From Microcoleaceae cyanobacterium (GTDB taxonomy: Bacteria; Cyanobacteriota; Cyanobacteriia; Cyanobacteriales; Microcoleaceae), in NCBI GenBank assembly GCA_049647265.1, contig JBARXJ010000061.1, positions 28,750 through 60,749 of the forward strand: a DNA stretch of 32,000 nt, written 5' to 3'. Shown here piece by piece: positions 1 through 7,971 of this stretch. The position numbers and the translations under genes are program-made. How positions within the stretch are numbered: position 1 is the first letter of the stretch; every line of letters begins with the position of its first letter. The notes beneath the pieces are model-generated. The model had not been told where the DNA came from. It worked only from the letters and a program-made list of their open reading frames with translations, and ran no database searches.

Positions 1-19
1 TACAGAAAAAAGTTTAAAT

Positions 20-1414
20 TTAAAATCGCATAAATTCTGGACTTCCTAACATTAAAGCAGCTTGTAAACGGTCAGGATTTTGATTAATAATATCTAAACT
101 ATTTGTCGATAATAAACCTTCTAAAGTTTGAGCTAGTTTCTCTTTATCAATTGGTTTGCTATCCTGTAATAACCCATTGGATAAAGGTACAGATAAGCTA
201 CTGCGCCGAATCATTGCATCTGGGTTAAGCCATGCATCTTCTGTATTTTTATAGCCGTCTGGAGTCGGACATTCATAAAGCGGCATTCCGAATTGATTTA
301 AAATGCCATTGATGGGTTTAAAGTTATTTACTGTGCCAATACTTCGCATCACAGACGTAATATAGCGGTAGGGAGTTTTAAATTTATTATTATAATTTTG
401 AGTATCCCAAAACTCATCACTTTTAAACAAAGTTTTAAGAACTGCTGCAATATTACCATCGGTTTCTAAAAACCGCTGAGATAGTTTTTTAACAATTGAT
501 TCAGGCGGATAATCTGATACAAATAATTGAGCCAGTTTATAACTAATAAATTTCGCTGTAGAAGGATGACTTGCCAGTAAATCGAGTGCTTCTTCTCCTT
601 CTTCAATTCCCCGCCCTTTTATCGTTTTTCCAAGTAATACTTTATCGGTAAAATCATGGCGCTCTGCATCAAAATTAAATCCATCTTCATCGGTTGAACG
701 TTTCGGATTATTGGGTAATCCCCACCCCGTTAAAATCCGAGCCAATTCCATTACATCTGTTTGAGTATATCCACCATCAACACCTAAAGTATGCAATTCT
801 AATAGTTCTCTAGCATAGTTTTCATTAATTCCTTTAAATCGTCCTTTTGCCTTTTTACTTTTTGGATCAGTATTTTGCCAGTTATCCAGATAATATAACA
901 TCGCCGGATGATGAGCCGTTGCCCCTAAAAGCTGGCGAAATTTTCCGAGTACATGGGGTCGAATTGCAAGTTGTTCATAAGAACTAAATAAAAGTTTAGC
1001 GGCTTCTCCTTTTGAGGCAAATACATTAAAATGGTTATACCAAAAATCCACCATCACTTCTTCTAATTGACGGGGGCTTTCTAAAGCTAGTAATAATCGA
1101 CCCTGACGAGCTTGTTGCAGAATTTTTTGCTCTAATTTTCTCCGAATCTTTCTTGTCTCTTGACGATTAAGTTTCAATTCTTTAGCCGTCTTTTCTATCC
1201 GCTGTTTTTCCTTATATGCTTTTGCAGGAGTAAATCTTAAAGTATCTAGCGCCTGTAGTTTTTGCTTTAACTCCGCAGAATAGTTACTTTTTTGAGGTTG
1301 TAGCTGAGATTGAATATAAGCCTCAATTCCCTGTTGTTCAATCTGTTGAATTTGTTCTAGTTTAGGGCCTAAACTAATGCGATTAATCAGATGAAAAACT
1401 TTTTTATCTGTCAT
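20..1414 (-). CDS. DUF1800 domain-containing protein
   Basis: 464-aa ORF. HLINRISLGP near the N-terminus and NENYARELLELHTLGVDGGYTQTDV plus FDAERHDF match the DUF1800 signature as I know it. The usual DUF1501 partner would lie downstream, off the left edge. Confidence 0.7.
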   Translation of the reverse strand: MTDKKVFHLINRISLGPKLEQIQQIEQQGIEAYIQSQLQPQKSNYSAELKQKLQALDTLRFTPAKAYKEKQRIEKTAKELKLNRQETRKIRRKLEQKILQQARQGRLLLALESPRQLEEVMVDFWYNHFNVFASKGEAAKLLFSSYEQLAIRPHVLGKFRQLLGATAHHPAMLYYLDNWQNTDPKSKKAKGRFKGINENYARELLELHTLGVDGGYTQTDVMELARILTGWGLPNNPKRSTDEDGFNFDAERHDFTDKVLLGKTIKGRGIEEGEEALDLLASHPSTAKFISYKLAQLFVSDYPPESIVKKLSQRFLETDGNIAAVLKTLFKSDEFWDTQNYNNKFKTPYRYITSVMRSIGTVNNFKPINGILNQFGMPLYECPTPDGYKNTEDAWLNPDAMIRRSSLSVPLSNGLLQDSKPIDKEKLAQTLEGLLSTNSLDIINQNPDRLQAALMLGSPEFMRF

Positions 1415-1538
1415 AACAATCCACTCAATAGTATGAATTAAAAGTAAAAGTTGAGCTATTTTATGATAAAATCATTAGTCAATATACAATTAATGATTAT
1501 TAAAATATATTATAGTTAATTATAGAAGATACTTCTTC

Positions 1539-2174
1539 ATGATATCGAGAAATCTTTGGAACGCCAACTCAGACCTAAAAACTGCTTGTTTGCAACATCC
1601 TTTTGTCCAAGGAATTGCCACAGGAACCCTACCCCTAGCTTGTTTCCGCTATTATGTGAGTCAAGATGCCTTTTTTCTGACTGCTTTTGCCCGCGCCTAC
1701 AGTATTGCTGCGGCGAAAACCCCTGACTGGGAAGGCTTTACTACTTTCCATAGTTTAGGAGATGGAGTCGTAGAAGAATTACGTTTACACCAAAGTTATG
1801 CTGCCGAATGGGAAGTGGACTTACAGCAAATACAACCTGGCATTGCCACCCGCCGCTATACAGACTTTCTGTTAGCAACTGCCTGGGGTAAAGATGTCGG
1901 TTTAACTACAGCCGCGATGACACCCTGTTTGCGACTCTATGCCTTTCTCGGTCAAAGTTTAGCACAGTCTCAAACTTCAGCCCATCAATATAGTGACTGG
2001 ATAAAGACTTATAATGATGCTGCCTTTGAAACATTAGCGCAACAATTAGAAGATTTAATGAACCGTTATATTACCTATCAAGAAACAGAAGCAAGTTCAA
2101 TTTACCGCTATGCAATGGAATGTGAACTAGAGTTTTTTGAAGCGGCTTGGTGTAGTCAATCATCGAATTTTTAA
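1539..2174 (+). CDS. tenA: TenA/thiaminase II family protein (aminopyrimidine aminohydrolase-like)
   Basis: 211-aa ORF with an ATG start. HPFVQGIATGTLPLACFRYYVSQDAFFL and TPCLRLYAF (conserved Cys context) fit the TenA family. Confidence 0.7.
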   Translation: MISRNLWNANSDLKTACLQHPFVQGIATGTLPLACFRYYVSQDAFFLTAFARAYSIAAAKTPDWEGFTTFHSLGDGVVEELRLHQSYAAEWEVDLQQIQPGIATRRYTDFLLATAWGKDVGLTTAAMTPCLRLYAFLGQSLAQSQTSAHQYSDWIKTYNDAAFETLAQQLEDLMNRYITYQETEASSIYRYAMECELEFFEAAWCSQSSNF

Positions 2175-3082
2175 GAATAACGACTCACACTAAAAATAAT
2201 ATAATTGTAAGGGATTAATTCAGTTCGATCATAATCATTCACAATTTGACCTGTTTTGGGATCGTATAACCACTCCTCCCAGTCCCATAACCGAGACTTA
2301 TTTTCAGGAATTTGAACCGCAATATAAGATCCTTCTGCTAAACGGGCGCGAGTCGCAATATGACTAAAATCAAGACCCATATAAAAATCTTGAACAGGTT
2401 CGTTTTTATGACGGTTTGCCATTGCTTTTGTTAAGCCTAATGCCATATTTGATAACGGTGCAATTGCAGGTTGAACGGTTTCAGCTAATTGAAGTCCTGC
2501 TTTAAATACATCGGATTCTAAAAAACTGAGGGCATCTTCGTCTTCTTGATTTTTAATATTAACCGTAAAACATTTAAACGCTACCCCTTCTGTTCCTACG
2601 TTCAAGCCAATAAAAATAGGATAACCAACAATAGCAGCTTGCTGACCTTCTCGGACTCGATAAGTACTATTAAAATGGAGATGTTCAATCTGACCCGCTA
2701 CTTGATTTTGAGCATAGAAATCAAATAAGATATGATGGGTTCCACTCCCTGGATAATCTGCAACTCGCAGCCGATCTAAAGTAATTTTAATCCGAGAATT
2801 TTTTAGGCTATTGTCAGGTGTAATATTACTCGCCGATTGAATTGGAATAGCTTGCGAACTTTCAGGAGTGGGAGGAATATAACCAAAACTATGGGCAGTG
2901 CTTTGCCAAATTTTAGACTGAAATAATCCGATATTATAAGTTTTTGCTTGGCTTTCTAAGCTGTTAGTATTTTCAATTTCTCTGGCGGTTTCTTCGTCTC
3001 CCATTTCCCTTAATTTAGCCGCTATTTCTTCAGGGGGTAAGCTGCCAATTACAGATATATGATCAAACCAATTTTCTGTCAT
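2171..3082 (-). CDS. hypothetical protein (orphan, no recognisable domain)
   Basis: Uninterrupted 303-aa ORF with an ATG start. The only competitor is a 60-aa antisense ORF. The N-terminal ~100 aa are E/S/P/T-rich and the C-terminal ~200 aa look beta-rich (ITLDRLRVADYPGSGTHHILFDFYAQ...). No TM segment was seen. Confidence 0.6.
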   Translation of the reverse strand: MTENWFDHISVIGSLPPEEIAAKLREMGDEETAREIENTNSLESQAKTYNIGLFQSKIWQSTAHSFGYIPPTPESSQAIPIQSASNITPDNSLKNSRIKITLDRLRVADYPGSGTHHILFDFYAQNQVAGQIEHLHFNSTYRVREGQQAAIVGYPIFIGLNVGTEGVAFKCFTVNIKNQEDEDALSFLESDVFKAGLQLAETVQPAIAPLSNMALGLTKAMANRHKNEPVQDFYMGLDFSHIATRARLAEGSYIAVQIPENKSRLWDWEEWLYDPKTGQIVNDYDRTELIPYNYIIFSVSRYS

Positions 3083-3175
3083 TTTAAACTTTCGTGTTTT
3101 ATACTTTACTTATTTTATCTTAATCCAGTAAACTAAAATAAAGTAGAGCTTTATCATAAGTTTTGGTGTAATAAA

Positions 3176-3406
3176 ATGAAGCAAATCCCACGCATTACTA
3201 TGGACTCAGAGGTTATGGGAGGGAAACCCTGTATTAGAGGAATGAGAGTAACAGTCGGTATGATTTTAGGTTTAATGGCTTCTGGATATTCTCACGACGA
3301 TATTTTACGAACTTATCCTTATTTAGAACCGGAAGATTTAACAGCATCTTTAGCCTATGCAGCATGGCGGGTAGAAGAAGTTGAAATCCCTTTAAAAGTG
3401 CGATGA
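3176..3406 (+). CDS. DUF433 domain-containing protein (antitoxin-like)
   Basis: 76 aa. GGKPCIRGMRVTVGMILGLMASGYSHDDILRTYPYLEPEDLTASLAYA is the DUF433 signature. Its stop overlaps the next start (ATGA at 3403-3406). Confidence 0.8.
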   Translation: MKQIPRITMDSEVMGGKPCIRGMRVTVGMILGLMASGYSHDDILRTYPYLEPEDLTASLAYAAWRVEEVEIPLKVR

Positions 3407-3768
3407 AAATTTTGATTGATATGAATCTTTCACCGGATTGGATCAATGTTTTCGCCCAGCATGATATTGAAGCAGTTCATTGGTCATTTGTAGGCAATCC
3501 TTCCGCAACCGATCAAACTATAATGCAGTGGGCTAGTATAAATGGCTATATTGTTTTTACCCATGATTTGGACTTTGGGACTTTACTGGCAGCGACTAAA
3601 GTAAGTAGTCCTAGCGTCATCCAAGTTCGTACTCAAAATGTTTTACCAGATTACTTAGGAAATACTGTTATAACTGCTATTAATCAAACTCGTAATTTTC
3701 TAGAAAATGGTGCTTTAGTTACAGTAAATGAAACCCAGTCCAGGGTTCGCATTCTACCTTTTTCCTAA
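3403..3768 (+). CDS. DUF5615 family PIN-like protein (toxin-like partner of DUF433)
   Basis: 121 aa. The MKILIDMNLSP N-terminus and FTHDLDFG acidic motif are typical of DUF5615 (Mut7-C/PIN-like) proteins encoded downstream of DUF433. The 4-nt overlap suggests translational coupling. Confidence 0.75.
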   Translation: MKILIDMNLSPDWINVFAQHDIEAVHWSFVGNPSATDQTIMQWASINGYIVFTHDLDFGTLLAATKVSSPSVIQVRTQNVLPDYLGNTVITAINQTRNFLENGALVTVNETQSRVRILPFS

Positions 3769-3837
3769 GCTATTCCTCGGAATCAACAGATTCGATATGG
3801 AATAAAATAAAATAAGATAGGCAGTAACCGGGACGTT

Positions 3838-6800
3838 ATGACTGTTATTAATATTCGCGAACTCAATACCACCGAAACAGGATTTGCAGCCGAACTCTCT
3901 TTTGATGGACATACTCGTATTCCTATTAAAATTGACGACCCTTTTAACGCCAAAGAAGAACGTCGGTTAGAGTGGTATTTTGAAGGATGGTTACAACATC
4001 CCATGCTGGAAACTCACAAGGCAGAAGCTGCTGCAAATAGCGTTAAAACCTATGGTGAAAAACTATTTGAACAAGTCTTTAATAATCGCCAAGCTATACG
4101 AGAATATGAGAAAATAAAGTCTAAACTGAGTCAGGTTCAGATCGAAATTGAGAACCGTAACCCTGAGTTTCAAGCGTTGCATTGGGAAGCGATCAAAGAT
4201 CCAGAACTGCCGAGACCATTAGCGGTAGACTGTATAATGTTGCGGAAATATTGCGAACTTGCCCCGATATCTGCGGCGGTTGAATCTTTTCCCTATATTA
4301 ATGTATTGGTGGTGGTTGCCCGTCCGGATGAAGACAAAGATGTCAGTTATCGAACCATTTCTCGACCCTTAATTGAAGTAATTGAAACCAGTCATTTACC
4401 CGTTAATGTCGAGTTATTGCGTCCGGGAACTTATCAAGCCCTGTCGAAACATTTGGAAGAAAAAGGGGCAGGATATTATCACATTCTTCATTTTGACGGA
4501 CACGGGGCGTTAATGGACTATCAACAGGTTCAACAACCCAATAAACCCCAACGATATTATTATAAAGGACGCTACGGACGCAGCGATATTGAGGAATTTG
4601 AGGGGGTAAAAGCGTTTCTCTGTTTTGAACAAGAAGAAGCAGGCAAAGTAGACTTAGTGGAAGCCACGGAATTTGCTAACTTACTCACTGGAAAAAGTAT
4701 TCCGGTTTGTTTACTCAATGCTTGTCAGTCGGGGAAACAAATAGACAACGTAGAAGACTACCGCGAAACCAGTTTAGGCAGTCGGTTGATGGCGGCAGGA
4801 ATGCAGATGGTGGTGGCAATGGGATATAGTGTGACGGTGTCGGCAGCCCAGAAAATGATGCAACAATTGTATCAGCATTTATTAACCGGAAAAGAAATTA
4901 CAGAAGCCATTCGTTTAGGACGACTCGAACTCTACAATGATAAGGAACGTCAGGCTTATTTTAATCAAACCATTGAATTAGAAGACTGGCTATTGCCTGT
5001 TGTTTATTTCAACCAAACTGTTAATTTTAACTTACGACCATTTACCCCAGAAGAAGAAGAAAAATATTGGGAAAAACAGGGCAGTCAATACCATTTTTCG
5101 TTGCCAGAATATGGTTTTGTCGGTCGAGATTTGGAAATTCTTAAAATTGAAAAAGCTTTACTACGCCACAATATTTTATTATTACGGGGGATGGGTGGAA
5201 CCGGGAAAACCACCTTATTAAATTATTTACGGGAATGGTGGCAAACTACCCATTTTGCCGAAAACGTGTTTTATTTTGGCTATGACATCAAAGCCTATAC
5301 AGTTAATCAGATTTTACATGAAATCGGTCAACAGGTTTATGACAGATTTGAACAGGCAAAATTTCAAGCCATGAACCCTAACGCCCAGATGCCGAAATTA
5401 GTTCAGAAGCTAAAAACAGAATCCCATATTTTAATATTAGATAACTTAGAATCTGTTACCGGGCAAGAATTGGCAATTCAGAATACCTTATCCGCCGACG
5501 AACAACAAAAACTGAAAGACTTTCTTAACCGCTTAGTTGGGGGAAAAACCAGAATTGTATTAGGATCTCGCAGTGGGGAAGACTGGCTACGAAATGACAC
5601 CTTTAGAACCAATCTTTATCCCCTGCAAGGGTTAGACACACAAGCCCGTTCTCTGCTGGCTGAACGCATTCTTAACCGTCATGCTGCGGGGAAAGTTGAA
5701 GTTATTAAAGCAGACGATAACTTTAAACGGTTAATCAAACTATTGGCGGGGTATCCGTTAGCAATGGAAGTGGTACTCGCCAACCTGAAAAGACAATCTC
5801 CATCAGAGATTTTAACCGCATTGCAAGCCGCCGATATTAATTTAGATGAGGACAGTGAAGACAAGACAAAAAGTATTCTAAAATGTGTAGAATATTCCCA
5901 TAGTAATCTCTCGCCCACAGCCCAGAAATTGTTATTATGTTTAGCCCCATTTAGTGGGTTCATAGTTCGTTCTGCAATTCCAGAGTATGTCAAACAACTC
6001 AAAGAATTAGAACCATTTCAGGATTATGAATTTGATCAGTTTGATGATGCCATTCAAGAAGCGATAAACTGGGGATTACTATCTGTCCGGTTTGAAGAGA
6101 ATCCTCATCTACTTAACATTCAACCAGTATTTCCTTACTTCCTCAAAACAAAATTAAACGCATTAAATGCAGCCACCTATAAGGTATTACAAAAAGGCTT
6201 TAAACGTCACTATCAAGGGTTAGCAGGTGATTATCAACAATTAATGAAATCAAAAGAAGCGGACAAACGACAGATCGGCATCTTCTTGTGTCGTTTAGAA
6301 TACGAAAACCTCTACAATGCCCTAGAAATTAGTTTACAGCAACAAGATTCCGTTTCGATTGTCTATTGCTTGAGTATCTATCTTGATTTAACTGAAGATG
6401 TTCAAACCCATCTAAAGTTATTAGAATGGGTAATTGAAGCCCAAACTGCCTATCCAGATGAGATGCGTACAGGTGAAATAGGCTTAGATCTTATCCAGAT
6501 CCTTGGGTTATTGGCAACCTGTTATTTAAAAAATCAAAATTACCGAAAAGCTAAGCAATTTTACAATAAGGTAATTGATCTAACCCAACTACTTGAGGGT
6601 GTATCTGAAGAACAAAAACAGTTTACAATTGCCTGCACTTACCATTATTTGGGAAGAATTGCTTTTGAACAACGACAATGGCAGCACAGCCAACGCTACT
6701 GCAAAGACGCTCTCAATATCTTTATTAAATACGATAATCAATCTCAACAAGCTTCTATTCACCATACTTTAGGAAGAGTTGCTGAAGAACAACGACAGTG

Positions 6801-7722
6801 GCAGACAGCTCAAACATACTACCAAAAAGCCCTTGATATATACATCAAATACAGTGATCGCTTATCACAAGCCTTTAACTATTATCACCTGGGAAGGGTA
6901 GCAGAAGAACAACGACACTGGCAAGCGGCTCAAACATACTACCAAAAATCTCTTGATATTAAGATCGAATACGGCGATCGCCACTCTCAAGCCTCTAGCT
7001 ACCACCAATTAGGAATGCTTGCCCAACAACAACGGCAATGGCAAGATGCTAAAACCTACTACCAACAAGCCCTTGATATCAAAATTGAATACGGCGATCG
7101 CCCCTCTCAAGCTTTAACTTACAATAATTTGGGAATGCTTGCCCAACAACAACAACAATGGCAAATTGCTAAAACTTACTACCAACAAGCAATTGATATC
7201 TACATTGAATATGGCGATCGCTACTCTCAAGCTTTAACTTGCCACAACTTGGGGATGGTTGCCCAAGCACAACGACAGTGGCAAGATGCTAAAACCTACT
7301 ACCAACAAGCTCTCAATATCAAAATTGAATACGGCGATCGCTACTCTCAAGCCTATACCTACCATCAATTAGGAAGGGTTGCCGAGGAACAACGACAATG
7401 GCAAATTGCCCAAACTTACTACCAACAAGCCCTTGATATCTATATTGAATATAGCGATCGCCACTCTCAAGCTTTCACCTATGGGCAATTGGGTTTATTG
7501 GCAGAAGCACAGGAAGACTGGGAAACAGCAAAAACCAATTCGTTGCAAGCGTTAGAGATTTTTGCTGAGTTTGAGGATCAGCATTATCTAGATATGACTC
7601 TCAGAAACTTGGCTCGACTTTATCACACCACTGAGGATGAGAGTCTGTTAACCTCGGTTGCCTCTATATTTGGTGTTGAGGTTGAGGAGGTGCAGCGTAG
7701 GTTTGAGGAGTTACGGGAGTGA
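3838..7722 (+). CDS. CHAT (caspase-like protease) - NB-ARC/STAND P-loop NTPase - TPR repeat protein
   Basis: 1294-aa ORF. The CHAT dyad contexts are HILHFDGHG (His222) and LLNACQSG (Cys296). NTPase motifs are Walker A GMGGTGKTT (aa 451-459), Walker B ILILDN (Asp535), LGSRS, and LLAGYPLAMEV (GLPLA-type motif of NB-ARC). The C-terminal ~400 aa consist of 40-aa TPR-like units. Confidence 0.9.
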   Translation: MTVINIRELNTTETGFAAELSFDGHTRIPIKIDDPFNAKEERRLEWYFEGWLQHPMLETHKAEAAANSVKTYGEKLFEQVFNNRQAIREYEKIKSKLSQVQIEIENRNPEFQALHWEAIKDPELPRPLAVDCIMLRKYCELAPISAAVESFPYINVLVVVARPDEDKDVSYRTISRPLIEVIETSHLPVNVELLRPGTYQALSKHLEEKGAGYYHILHFDGHGALMDYQQVQQPNKPQRYYYKGRYGRSDIEEFEGVKAFLCFEQEEAGKVDLVEATEFANLLTGKSIPVCLLNACQSGKQIDNVEDYRETSLGSRLMAAGMQMVVAMGYSVTVSAAQKMMQQLYQHLLTGKEITEAIRLGRLELYNDKERQAYFNQTIELEDWLLPVVYFNQTVNFNLRPFTPEEEEKYWEKQGSQYHFSLPEYGFVGRDLEILKIEKALLRHNILLLRGMGGTGKTTLLNYLREWWQTTHFAENVFYFGYDIKAYTVNQILHEIGQQVYDRFEQAKFQAMNPNAQMPKLVQKLKTESHILILDNLESVTGQELAIQNTLSADEQQKLKDFLNRLVGGKTRIVLGSRSGEDWLRNDTFRTNLYPLQGLDTQARSLLAERILNRHAAGKVEVIKADDNFKRLIKLLAGYPLAMEVVLANLKRQSPSEILTALQAADINLDEDSEDKTKSILKCVEYSHSNLSPTAQKLLLCLAPFSGFIVRSAIPEYVKQLKELEPFQDYEFDQFDDAIQEAINWGLLSVRFEENPHLLNIQPVFPYFLKTKLNALNAATYKVLQKGFKRHYQGLAGDYQQLMKSKEADKRQIGIFLCRLEYENLYNALEISLQQQDSVSIVYCLSIYLDLTEDVQTHLKLLEWVIEAQTAYPDEMRTGEIGLDLIQILGLLATCYLKNQNYRKAKQFYNKVIDLTQLLEGVSEEQKQFTIACTYHYLGRIAFEQRQWQHSQRYCKDALNIFIKYDNQSQQASIHHTLGRVAEEQRQWQTAQTYYQKALDIYIKYSDRLSQAFNYYHLGRVAEEQRHWQAAQTYYQKSLDIKIEYGDRHSQASSYHQLGMLAQQQRQWQDAKTYYQQALDIKIEYGDRPSQALTYNNLGMLAQQQQQWQIAKTYYQQAIDIYIEYGDRYSQALTCHNLGMVAQAQRQWQDAKTYYQQALNIKIEYGDRYSQAYTYHQLGRVAEEQRQWQIAQTYYQQALDIYIEYSDRHSQAFTYGQLGLLAEAQEDWETAKTNSLQALEIFAEFEDQHYLDMTLRNLARLYHTTEDESLLTSVASIFGVEVEEVQRRFEELRE
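6661..7560 (+). repeat. Tandem 120-bp (40-codon) TPR-unit repeat, about 7.5 copies, inside the CHAT-STAND gene
   Basis: gaacaacgacaRtggca recurs at 6667, 6787, 6907, 7027, 7147, 7267 and 7387, with a degenerate copy at 7507. The phase is exactly 120 nt. GCGATCGC occurs at 6974, 7094, 7214, 7334 and 7454. Confidence 0.9.
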
Positions 7723-7732
7723 AGCGCTGCAC

Positions 7733-7770
7733 GCAAGTCAGCAAGTCAAAAGTCAGAAAGTCAGAAGTTA
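7733..7770. repeat. Short tandem repeat (7-8 nt unit, RAAGTCA-like, 5 copies)
   Basis: gcaagtca gcaagtca aaagtca gaaagtca gaagtta, 10 nt after the CHAT-STAND stop codon. Confidence 0.6.
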
Positions 7771-7800
7771 GATCTTTAAACTAACAATATTAAGGACTTT

Positions 7801-7965
7801 GAGTTATTTACTCCCTCCTGTTCCCCGTTCCCTCTCTTACAAAGTTGCTCTACGCAGGCGAACCCCCTAGCGTAAGCCTGATTCGTAGCCATGGGCTTTA
7901 GCCCTATTGCCCGTAGGGCTATAGACCGCACTTTGCGCCGTTCCCCGTTCCCTCTTCCCTGGCGC
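7801..7965. repeat. Intergenic GC-rich dispersed repeat element with 16-nt direct repeats
   Basis: gttccccgttccctct occurs at 7820-7835 and 7940-7955, exactly 120 nt apart. Internal hairpins include tagccct/agggcta. cgcaggcgaacccc (7853-7866) is the exact reverse complement of 19787-19800. Confidence 0.5.
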
Positions 7966-7971
7966 TAGGCG

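Noticed and set aside
2171-3082. Calling the 303-aa orphan a bacterial gasdermin because a CHAT protease is nearby
   Set aside because: I can see no sequence similarity. It lacks the N-terminal Cys typical of palmitoylated bacterial gasdermins, has a long acidic N-terminal extension, and is divergently transcribed. I keep it only as a hypothesis to test, not as an annotation.
6661-7560. Regular 120-bp repeats that could superficially suggest a CRISPR-like array
   Set aside because: The units are contiguous with no unique spacers. They sit in frame within a 1294-aa ORF and translate to canonical TPR-like helices. They are coding tandem repeats.
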